Below, piece by piece: positions 56,621 to 64,000 of a DNA stretch of 64,000 nucleotides. The stretch covers positions 64,001 to 128,000 of the forward strand of contig CAWFAD010000012.1 in assembly GCA_963813815.1 (NCBI GenBank). Direction: 5' to 3'. Each line of letters opens with the position of its first letter. Position 1 is the stretch's first letter. Both the position numbers and the translations under genes were made by a program. This stretch comes from an uncultured bacterium. Its GTDB lineage: Bacteria > Krumholzibacteriota > Krumholzibacteriia > Krumholzibacteriales > Krumholzibacteriaceae. Below the pieces are notes generated by a model. It did not search any database. It was not told the origin of the DNA and was given only the letters and a program-made list of their open reading frames with translations.

Positions 56621-59394
56621 CTCGGGGAACCTCCGTACCTCTCCAGATACGCGGCCAAGTGCTTGCCCGTCAGGGACTGATTCGATTGTACGATGCTCTC
56701 GGGCGGGCCACAAGCGATAACCGCGCCTCCCTCATCGCCGCCGCCGGGCCCGAGGTCGATGACCTGATCCGCCCACCGGATCACTTCCATGTTGTGTTCG
56801 ATGAGGACGATCGTATGCCCCGCGGCGGCGAGATCGTCGAGGACGCCGAGGAGCCTCTCGACGTCGCTCATATGAAGCCCCGTCGTTGGCTCGTCCATGA
56901 TGTAGAGGTTGCGTTCGCCGGGGGCGTCGGCGAGCTCGCGGGCGATCTTGATCCGCTGCGCCTCTCCTCCGGAGAGGGTGTTCGAAGGCTGGCCGAGGGT
57001 GAGGTATCCGAGCCCCACCTTCGAGAGGATCCAGAGACGCTCCCCGAGCTGCGGCGACGCGTCGAAAAAGAGAAGCGCGTCGTCGACCGTCATGTCGAGC
57101 GTCTCCGCGATCGTTTTTCCCTTGTGGCGGACGTCGAGGGTCTCGGCGTTGAAGCGGCGACCCTCGCACTCCTCGCACGGCACGAACACGTCCGCCATGA
57201 AATGCATCTCCACCCTGCGGAATCCGACCCCTTGGCAGCGCGGACAGCGTCCGCCGGCCCTGTTGAAGCTGAACCTGCCCGGGTCGTATCCGCGCCTGCG
57301 GGCGAGCGGCTCGGCGGCGAATATCTCGCGAATGAAGCTGAACGCCTTGATATAGGTTATGGGATTGGAGCGGGGAGAGACGCCGATCGGACTCTGATCG
57401 ACGAGCATCACCCGGTCGAGCCGCCCCGTGACCTTCCAGCCCCGGAGCCGCAGATGAGCCGCCGACAGCGGGTCCTTCGATACGACGCGGTGCAGCACGT
57501 CGACGACGAGCGTGCTCTTGCCGGAACCGGAGACGCCGGTGACGCACGTGACGGCGCCGAGCGGAAACCGCGCGTCGATGTGCTTCAGGTTGTGCTCGGC
57601 GACTCCCGAGAGCTCGATCGCGCCGTGGGAGACACGCTTCTTTCTCGGGCGCCGCTCGATCGCGCTTCCCCCGGAGAGCCACGCGATCGTTTTCGATAGG
57701 GGCGCCGGGGCGCTCCGCGCCCGCTCGAGCGTCCCGTTGTAGAGCACTTCGCCGCCGCGGCTTCCCGGCCCCGGCCCGAGATCGACGAGCCAGTCGCACG
57801 AGGCGATGATATCGGGATCGTGCTCCACGACGATGACCGTGTTGCCGAGGTCCCGCAGGCGTCTCAACACCGAAACGAGCCTTTCGTTGTCGGCGGCGTG
57901 GAGGCCGATCGACGGCTCGTCGAGGATATAGAGGGTGTCGACGAGATTCGCGCCGAGCGAGTTGGCGAGATTGATCCGCTGAGCCTCGCCTCCGGAGAGC
58001 GTCCGCGTGAGGCGGTCGAGCGTGAGGTATCCGAGACCCACCTCGACGAGGAAGCGCAGCCGCGCCGTGAGCTCGGCGAGAACGTCGCGCGCGACGACGG
58101 CCTCTTCTTCCGTGAACCGGACGCTCGCGAGCTCGTCGAGAATCCGCGCGGGAATCATGCGGCAGAGATCCCGGATCGTGCTCTCTCCGATACGAATGTC
58201 GTACGCCTCGCTCCTGAGCCTTCCTCCTTGGCAGGACCGGCACGTGGTGAAGGCCATGTACTTCCGCGTGAAGAAGCGATGCCCCTTCTTGTAGCTCTTT
58301 TCCCTCAGCTTCTCGAGGAAACGTATGACGCCGAGGTAGCGCCCCTCTCCCTCGAGGATGACGGCGCGGGAGCGCTCCGGCAGGTCGGCCCAGGGAACGT
58401 CCACCGGGATGCCCTTTTTGCGGCAAAAATCGAGCATCTTGTGGTGAAAGTACATGAACCGCTCCCGCGACCACGGATCGACGGCCCGCTCTTCGAGGGT
58501 GCGGCGCTTGTCGGGGACGATGAGGTCCTCGGAAAACTCCATGCGATCGCCGAAGCCGTGGCAATCGGGACAGGCTCCGGAGGGGCTGTTGAAGGAAAAG
58601 AGCAGCGGCGTCGGCGCCTCGAACGCGGCCCCGCATTTCGAGCAAACGGGGGTCTGCGTGAAGCGGCGCCGGTCGGCTCCGTCCGCGTCCGTCGTCTCGA
58701 CAACGCCCGATTCGCGATAGGCGAGCTCGACGACCTCGGCGAACCGGGAGCGGTTCGTCTCCGCCGCCTCGAGCCGGTCGAGCAGAACCGCGAGCTCCGG
58801 TCTCTCCCTGCCCGCCACGGAGAACTCGTCGACGCGAACGACCTCGCCCCCCGCCACAAGTCTCGTGAATCCTCGCGACGCGTAGTAGCTCCGCCGGGTC
58901 TTCCACTCGGCCGCGCTCACGGCTCCGAGCGGCACCGTGCAATGGACGCGACGGCCGCCGTACATCCGGATGATCTCGACGGCCGCTTCGCTCGGCGTGT
59001 ACGCGCGCGCCGCGATCCCGCACCGCGGGCAGACGATTCTGCCGATCCGCGCGAAGAGGAGCCGCAGATAATCGTGAATCTCCGTCGCCGTCCCCACGGT
59101 CGAGCGCGCGCTCGTCACCGTGTTCTTCTGCCGGATCGCGATCGTGGGGCTGATATTGGCGATGTCGTCGACGTCGGGCCGCTCGAGCTTCTCGATGAAC
59201 TGCCGCGCGTAGGTCGAGAGCGATTCGATGTAGCGGCGCTGTCCCTCCGCGTAGATCGTATCGAAGGCCAGCGACGATTTTCCGGAGCCCGAGACCCCGG
59301 TCACCACGATGAGGCGCCGCCTCGGCACCTCGAGATCGATGTTCTTGAGATTGTGCTGCCGCGCGCCGCGTATGATGATGCCGTCCATGCCCAT
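56605..59394 (-). CDS. uvrA: Excinuclease ABC subunit A (UvrA family)
   Basis: GARQHNLKN, two Walker [22 protein letters not shown], two LSGGEAQRI and DEP motifs. Confidence 0.93.
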   Translation of the reverse strand: MGMDGIIIRGARQHNLKNIDLEVPRRRLIVVTGVSGSGKSSLAFDTIYAEGQRRYIESLSTYARQFIEKLERPDVDDIANISPTIAIRQKNTVTSARSTVGTATEIHDYLRLLFARIGRIVCPRCGIAARAYTPSEAAVEIIRMYGGRRVHCTVPLGAVSAAEWKTRRSYYASRGFTRLVAGGEVVRVDEFSVAGRERPELAVLLDRLEAAETNRSRFAEVVELAYRESGVVETTDADGADRRRFTQTPVCSKCGAAFEAPTPLLFSFNSPSGACPDCHGFGDRMEFSEDLIVPDKRRTLEERAVDPWSRERFMYFHHKMLDFCRKKGIPVDVPWADLPERSRAVILEGEGRYLGVIRFLEKLREKSYKKGHRFFTRKYMAFTTCRSCQGGRLRSEAYDIRIGESTIRDLCRMIPARILDELASVRFTEEEAVVARDVLAELTARLRFLVEVGLGYLTLDRLTRTLSGGEAQRINLANSLGANLVDTLYILDEPSIGLHAADNERLVSVLRRLRDLGNTVIVVEHDPDIIASCDWLVDLGPGPGSRGGEVLYNGTLERARSAPAPLSKTIAWLSGGSAIERRPRKKRVSHGAIELSGVAEHNLKHIDARFPLGAVTCVTGVSGSGKSTLVVDVLHRVVSKDPLSAAHLRLRGWKVTGRLDRVMLVDQSPIGVSPRSNPITYIKAFSFIREIFAAEPLARRRGYDPGRFSFNRAGGRCPRCQGVGFRRVEMHFMADVFVPCEECEGRRFNAETLDVRHKGKTIAETLDMTVDDALLFFDASPQLGERLWILSKVGLGYLTLGQPSNTLSGGEAQRIKIARELADAPGERNLYIMDEPTTGLHMSDVERLLGVLDDLAAAGHTIVLIEHNMEVIRWADQVIDLGPGGGDEGGAVIACGPPESIVQSNQSLTGKHLAAYLERYGGSPRCESS

Positions 59395-59546
59395 CACTCT
59401 GCTCCCCCGCAAACGGTCAAACGCCCAGTGTATCATCTCTCCGCGGCCGTGGCAACGGGCGATTCGGGGCCCGGGCCCGATGGCCCTTGTAATCCGCGCG
59501 TCATTTCCGTACGATGGTCGCCGGCGTTCCACCGGCAAGGACGGGT

Positions 59547-60416
59547 ATGAATCGCGGCGCGGACGGCACCCTCGGCAGAGAAATCGCCTCCCTCAGGCGC
59601 ACCCTCCGCGCGCTCCGCGGAGAGAACGGCTGCCCCTGGGATCGCGAGCAGAGCCTCGACGACGTCATCTCCTATCTCATCGAGGAGGCGTACGAGCTTC
59701 TCCGCGCCGAAAAGAGGGGGATCTGGCGCGACGTCGAGGAGGAGCTCGGAGACGTGCTCTTTCTCGTCGTCTTCGTTCACGAGCTGCTCCTCGAGAAACG
59801 GAAGACCGGCCTCGCCTCGATCGTCGCCGGCGTTCACCGGAAGATCGTTCGGCGCCATCCCCACGTTTTCGGTCCGACGAAGGCCCGAACCTGCGCGGAG
59901 AGCCTCGCCGAGTGGGAACGGATAAAGCGCGCCGAACGCAAGGGCCGCCCCCCGGCCACCCTTCTCGAATCGGTCCCGGAAAGCCTTCCCCCCCTCCGCC
60001 GGGCGGCGGCGATCCAGAAGAAGGCCGCCGGAGCCGGCTTCGACTGGCTCGGCAGCGCGGGAATCCTCGACAAGCTCGAGGAGGAGATCGGAGAGCTCCG
60101 GCGGGAGCTCCGCCGCGGCAAACGGGAAGCGACCAAGGACGAAATAGGCGACCTCTTCTTCACCGTCGTGAATCTCGCCCGCTGGCTGCGGATCGACTCC
60201 GAGAGCGCACTCGAGCGAACGACGGCGAAATTCATCCGGCGTTTCAACGATATGGAGCGGCGGGCCCGCCGCGCGGGAGTCGAGCTCCCGGCTCTGTCCC
60301 TCGACGAGATGGAGGCTCTCTGGCAGGCGAGCAAGAAGCGCGGCGGGGCCGCCGCGTCGCGGGAAAGGCGTCCGCGCCCCCGGCGCGAAAAAAGCGAAAC
60401 GAGCCGCGAGCGCTGA
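59547..60416 (+). CDS. mazG: Nucleoside triphosphate pyrophosphohydrolase
   Basis: [37 protein letters not shown] and DEIGDLFF motifs. Confidence 0.93.
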   Translation: MNRGADGTLGREIASLRRTLRALRGENGCPWDREQSLDDVISYLIEEAYELLRAEKRGIWRDVEEELGDVLFLVVFVHELLLEKRKTGLASIVAGVHRKIVRRHPHVFGPTKARTCAESLAEWERIKRAERKGRPPATLLESVPESLPPLRRAAAIQKKAAGAGFDWLGSAGILDKLEEEIGELRRELRRGKREATKDEIGDLFFTVVNLARWLRIDSESALERTTAKFIRRFNDMERRARRAGVELPALSLDEMEALWQASKKRGGAAASRERRPRPRREKSETSRER

Positions 60417-60446
60417 GGCTCCGGCGGCGGAGACGGCACATCATGA

Positions 60447-60474
60447 ACGAGGGGGCGATCGCTCGCCCCCTCGT
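60447..60474. terminator. Hairpin between convergent mazG and OmpA genes
   Basis: 12-bp stem acgagggggcga/tcgccccctcgt. Confidence 0.65.
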
Positions 60475-60506
60475 CGCGTTTTCTCCGTATTGGTCCGGGC
60501 GTCCCG

Positions 60507-62384
60507 CTAGTTCAGCCGCTTGAACTCGATGCGCCGGTTCTCGGCCCGTCCCGCCGCCGACTTGTTCGAGGCGATCGGATTCGTCTCGCCGTAGCCTCGC
60601 GCCTCGACACGCTCGGTCGCGATGCCGGCGTTCACGAGGTACTGTTTGACCGAGTCGGCGCGTTTCTGCGAGAGGCTCATGTTGTACTCGTCCTTGCCCA
60701 CGTCATCCGTATACCCCGCGACCTCGACCCGCACGTCGGGATACGCCTTGAGCGAGCGCACGACCTGGTCGAGTATCGTGTAGGAATCGGGCGTGATCGA
60801 CGCCGAGGCGGTCTCGAAGTTCACGCCGCGGAGGATGAAGCGCTCCTCGATGGGACGCTCGTCCGGGCAGCCGTCCTCGTCCTCGTGCCCGTTGAAGGTT
60901 TCCATCTCGTTCGGACAGCGGTCGCCGGTATCGGGAATGCCGTCGAGGTCGTTGTCCGGATCGGGGCAGCCGTCCTCGTCCTGGAATCCGTCGGCGTCCT
61001 CGCTCTTCTGCGGGCACTTGTCGACGTCGTCCGGAACCCCGTCGCCGTCGCTGTCCATGACGATATCGGGGCAGCCGTCAGTGTCCTGCACGCCGTCGAA
61101 GTCCTCCGGCTCGTTCGGACACTTGTCGTTCACGTCCTGGATGCCGTCGGCGTCGTTGTCGAGATCCGGGCAGCCGTCGGCGTCCTCGTACCCGTCGAAA
61201 TCCTCCGCGAGATCGGGGCACTTGTCGATGTTGTCCTTGATCGAATCCTTGTCGTTATCGAGATCGGGGCAGCCGTCGACGTCCTCGTACCCGTCGAAAT
61301 CCTCGGGCTCCGCCGGACACTTGTCGACCTTGTCTTCTATGCCGTCGTCGTCGCTGTCCTGCGGAAGCACGCTCCCGCCGAACGAAAGAATCAGGTAGAG
61401 GGCCCAGTCGGGCGCGCCGACGAAAGCCTTGTCGTCTTCGGGATTGAGGTTGATGTCGGCCGCGAAGGTCGCGCCGCCCCCCTTCTCGGAGAGCAGCTTG
61501 ATGCCGGGAGTGATCGTGTAGATGCTCTTGTTTCCCGGCAGGTAATAGGCGTCCCCTTCGCTGAAGTCGGCGTTCAGGTAGCTGTCCCAGGTGAACTCGG
61601 CGAAGAGGCTCGATCCCATCGCGAGGAACTCGATCCCCGCCCCGAACTGGAAGAGATCGTTGAAGCCGTCGCTCTCCCCCTCGGGAGAGAGCGGATAGGC
61701 GGGCGGATAAAAGCCGGTCGAGTCGGGGTTGTTCGCGTAGAGGATGCCGTACCCCTCGTCCTCGTTCCGGTTGAATCGGTACCCGACGTTGAAATGAAGC
61801 CTCACCGGAACGAACTTCGCGTTCCCGGGAAAGTCGAACGAGAGGAGCCCCTTGACCCCGAACTCGGTCTCCCCGGTGGTGAACCCGGCTTCCTCGCGAC
61901 CCGTCGGGAAGCTCGCCTGTCCGAGGATGCCGATGCCGACGTACTTCGTTGGGAGCGGCGGGCAGAGCTTGAGGAGGAGCTCCGTGTCCCCCAGACCTCC
62001 GCGCGTGCGGGTCTCGAAGACGTCGGTGACCTCGAACTCGTCGGGCACCTGCATGATCCAGTTGCGGACGCCGAGCGCCGCCGAGAACTCCACGTAGTCG
62101 CTCAGCCCGAAGGTGAGCGCCGCGCGCGACAGGAAGAAATGGTAATCGACCTCCGCCTCGCTGAGGCCCGTCGGATTGAGCATGCTGAGCGGACCCGGCG
62201 TGAGCACCGCGTCGGTCCGGTAGTAGGACGTGCCGAGCGAGAAAACGAGCATTCCTCTCCCGACCGTCCCCGCGCGCTCGAGATGAAGCATGCCGGAGGT
62301 GCCGTTCCATCCGTCCTGGCACCATGCCGCGCCGGCCGGCGCGAGCACCGCGACGGCGGCGAGCAGGCAAAGCATCCGTTTCAT
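60507..62384 (-). CDS. OmpA-family outer membrane protein with thrombospondin type-3-like Ca-binding repeats
   Basis: Signal peptide, beta-barrel-like N-terminus, five DxDxDGIxDxxDKCPxxxEDxDGxxDxDGCP repeats, and an OmpA domain (GYTD...LSQKRA...GYGE...[10 protein letters not shown]). Confidence 0.9.
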   Translation of the reverse strand: MKRMLCLLAAVAVLAPAGAAWCQDGWNGTSGMLHLERAGTVGRGMLVFSLGTSYYRTDAVLTPGPLSMLNPTGLSEAEVDYHFFLSRAALTFGLSDYVEFSAALGVRNWIMQVPDEFEVTDVFETRTRGGLGDTELLLKLCPPLPTKYVGIGILGQASFPTGREEAGFTTGETEFGVKGLLSFDFPGNAKFVPVRLHFNVGYRFNRNEDEGYGILYANNPDSTGFYPPAYPLSPEGESDGFNDLFQFGAGIEFLAMGSSLFAEFTWDSYLNADFSEGDAYYLPGNKSIYTITPGIKLLSEKGGGATFAADINLNPEDDKAFVGAPDWALYLILSFGGSVLPQDSDDDGIEDKVDKCPAEPEDFDGYEDVDGCPDLDNDKDSIKDNIDKCPDLAEDFDGYEDADGCPDLDNDADGIQDVNDKCPNEPEDFDGVQDTDGCPDIVMDSDGDGVPDDVDKCPQKSEDADGFQDEDGCPDPDNDLDGIPDTGDRCPNEMETFNGHEDEDGCPDERPIEERFILRGVNFETASASITPDSYTILDQVVRSLKAYPDVRVEVAGYTDDVGKDEYNMSLSQKRADSVKQYLVNAGIATERVEARGYGETNPIASNKSAAGRAENRRIEFKRLN

Positions 62385-62414
62385 TTCGCTGCCTCCTTGC
62401 TGATCCCCGTGTCT

Positions 62415-62789
62415 CTATTCATTTCGAGGTGCGGAACCATCATGTTTCGTGCCACTTCGATCGCTCCGGCCCTCCCGCTCCCCGTCGTTGCCGGCCGCTT
62501 CCGATTCGGCCTCCCCGCGAGCCGACTCGTCGACGTAGTTCATCCGCAGCTCCATGAGAACCTTGTCGAGATGGCGCCGCTCCTCCCCGGAGAGATTGCC
62601 GGCCGTTTTGTCGCTGATCATCTCCAGCATGTCGATCGTGATGCGCGCCTGTGCCAGATCGCGGTCGACCGCGCCGCTCAGCGGATTCACGAGCTTACCG
62701 AGCTGCTGGAGCGCGAGCGTCGCGAACATTGCGATGAGATTATGAAAGAGGAATTCCGTCCGCTCGTTTTCGCCGTTTTCGTACGTCAT
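62415..62789 (-). CDS. DUF1844-like protein
   Basis: ALQQLGKLVNP...DLAQARITIDML...KTAGNLSGEE...L.ELRMNYV pattern. Confidence 0.75.
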   Translation of the reverse strand: MTYENGENERTEFLFHNLIAMFATLALQQLGKLVNPLSGAVDRDLAQARITIDMLEMISDKTAGNLSGEERRHLDKVLMELRMNYVDESARGEAESEAAGNDGEREGRSDRSGTKHDGSAPRNE

Positions 62790-62857
62790 GGCTGGCCGCT
62801 CCTCGTCGCTTGCGTTCCACTATAGAAACGCGCGATTTGAGCCGTCAATGAAAAACG

Positions 62858-62887
62858 AAAAAAAAGAGCCGCCCCGCGGGGCGGCTC
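62858..62887 (-). terminator. Rho-independent terminator after the XRE genes
   Basis: gagccgcccc/ggggcggctc stem followed by an 8-nt U-tract on the minus strand. Confidence 0.75.
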
Positions 62888-62913
62888 GATCGCCGGAGAG
62901 CCGTGCGGCGGAC

Positions 62914-63477
62914 TCAATCCGCCTTTCGCTCGGAGGCGAACCAGATCATCTTGGCCTGATCGCTCGCCGAGCTATTCGCGAAACCGTGCTGTTGGCTCGC
63001 GAGAAAATAGATGCTGTCCCCCTCGCCGAGATCGTGCGTGGCCCCGTCGACCGAGAAACGCACGGCGCCCTGAAGCACGAGCGCGGCCTCGTCCCCTTCG
63101 TGCGCGTGGAGCTCCACTTCCGGGCTCTTCACCGGCGAGATCGTGATGAGCTGCGCGTTGATCTTGCCGCTCGGAATCGACTTCGTGAGCATCTCGCGCG
63201 TTCCGGCGCACCGCTCGAGCCGGCAGGGTTTGCGATCCTCGAGCGAGACGCACGAGACGTCATCGAGCTCCGCGTCCTCTATGAAATACGCGGGATCGCG
63301 GCTCAGGGCGTCGGCGATCCTCACGAGGGCTCCGATCGTGGGAGAGGTCTTGCCGCGCTCGATCTCGGAGATGTGCGTCGCCGAAATGCCGGCCTTTGCC
63401 TCCACGTTCTTGAGCGTGAGGTGCTGCTCCTCGCGCACCTTCTTGATCCGTTTGCCGATCTCTTCCTTCGATATCAT
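62914..63477 (-). CDS. XRE-family HTH regulator with a cupin domain
   Basis: IGKRIKKVR...ISATHISEIERGKTSPT HTH; HAHEGDE...GDSIYF...QHGFAN cupin. Confidence 0.9.
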   Translation of the reverse strand: MISKEEIGKRIKKVREEQHLTLKNVEAKAGISATHISEIERGKTSPTIGALVRIADALSRDPAYFIEDAELDDVSCVSLEDRKPCRLERCAGTREMLTKSIPSGKINAQLITISPVKSPEVELHAHEGDEAALVLQGAVRFSVDGATHDLGEGDSIYFLASQQHGFANSSASDQAKMIWFASERKAD

Positions 63478-63511
63478 TCCCTCATGCTCCTCCTCGCGGC
63501 GCCGTCGCGGC

Positions 63512-64000
63512 TCACAGGCTGTACGGCGGAAGGGTGATCCATATCGCGCGGCATTTCGCGTCGCCGATGTTGCGCATCGCGTGCGGCTTCGCCGCCTTGT
63601 AATGGATGCTGTCCCCTTCCTTGAGAATGTATTTCTGATCGCCGATGATGATCTCCATGACCCCCTTCGTCACCATGGCGAACTCCTCGCCTCCGTGCGT
63701 GCTCGTCTCCTCGGGCCGCTTGATGCCGGGCTCGAGCTCGACCTCGAGGAACGAGAACCGGGGATTCGGGATGTCCTTGGCGAGCGAGTAGTAGGTGGCG
63801 CCCCAATCCTTGAACTGCATCTTCTTGCGCTTCGTCTTGGTGACCACCGATATCTTGGAAACGTTCTGCTTTTCGACGAAATAGGCCACTTCCGTGCCCA
63901 TCGCCTCCGCTATCTTGGCGAGCGCCCCCACGGTCGGCGAAGTCATGCCGCGCTCGATCTCGGACACGTGCGTCGCCGAAACTTGTGCTTTGATCTCGAT
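63512..64000 (-). CDS. XRE-family HTH regulator with a cupin domain (5' end outside the window)
   Basis: VSATHVSEIERGMTSPT HTH; THGGEE...GDSIHYKAAKPHAMRN cupin. Confidence 0.88.
   Translation of the reverse strand: MEIKAQVSATHVSEIERGMTSPTVGALAKIAEAMGTEVAYFVEKQNVSKISVVTKTKRKKMQFKDWGATYYSLAKDIPNPRFSFLEVELEPGIKRPEETSTHGGEEFAMVTKGVMEIIIGDQKYILKEGDSIHYKAAKPHAMRNIGDAKCRAIWITLPPYSL

Noticed and set aside
60860..61350. DNA repeats in the OmpA gene (and in the propeller gene 10700-12700) as independent repeat elements
   Set aside because: They are explained by protein-level TSP3-like and Reg_prop repeats.

Overview
A GC-rich bacterial chromosomal segment from an anaerobe. The FlgD-Ig/T9SS-type C-terminal protein, the Ser/Thr kinase-TPR genes and the overall gene content suggest an FCB-related lineage such as Krumholzibacteriota or Latescibacterota (inference only). 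Central redox and carbon metabolism dominates. It includes glmM/glmS, acs, and a pyruvate:ferredoxin oxidoreductase operon with a NuoE/F/G-like (HydABC/Bfu-type) module inserted inside it. There is also a malic enzyme with a histone-H1-like tail, two divergently transcribed 2-oxoacid:ferredoxin oxidoreductase operons, and a biotin carboxyltransferase. A second NuoEFG-like module is coupled to a GltD/MvhD fusion, a CCG protein and a proline/sarcosine-dehydrogenase-like pair. Accessory parts include a beta-propeller/PP2C sensor split by a foreign AT-rich duplicated insert, and an AbrB(HgcC-like)-NifX-ArsM operon. They also include a 1024-aa secreted protein and a tandem array of three receptor Ser/Thr kinases with near-identical kinase halves and unrelated C-terminal domains, bracketed by twin hairpins. 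The window also carries tRNA-Thr(CGT), tRNA-Phe(GAA), an ECF sigma/TolC module, a two-component cluster, galE, uvrA, mazG, OmpA and two XRE-cupin regulators. Several frameshifts look like long-read errors. All calls come from motif recognition by eye; no database search was run.
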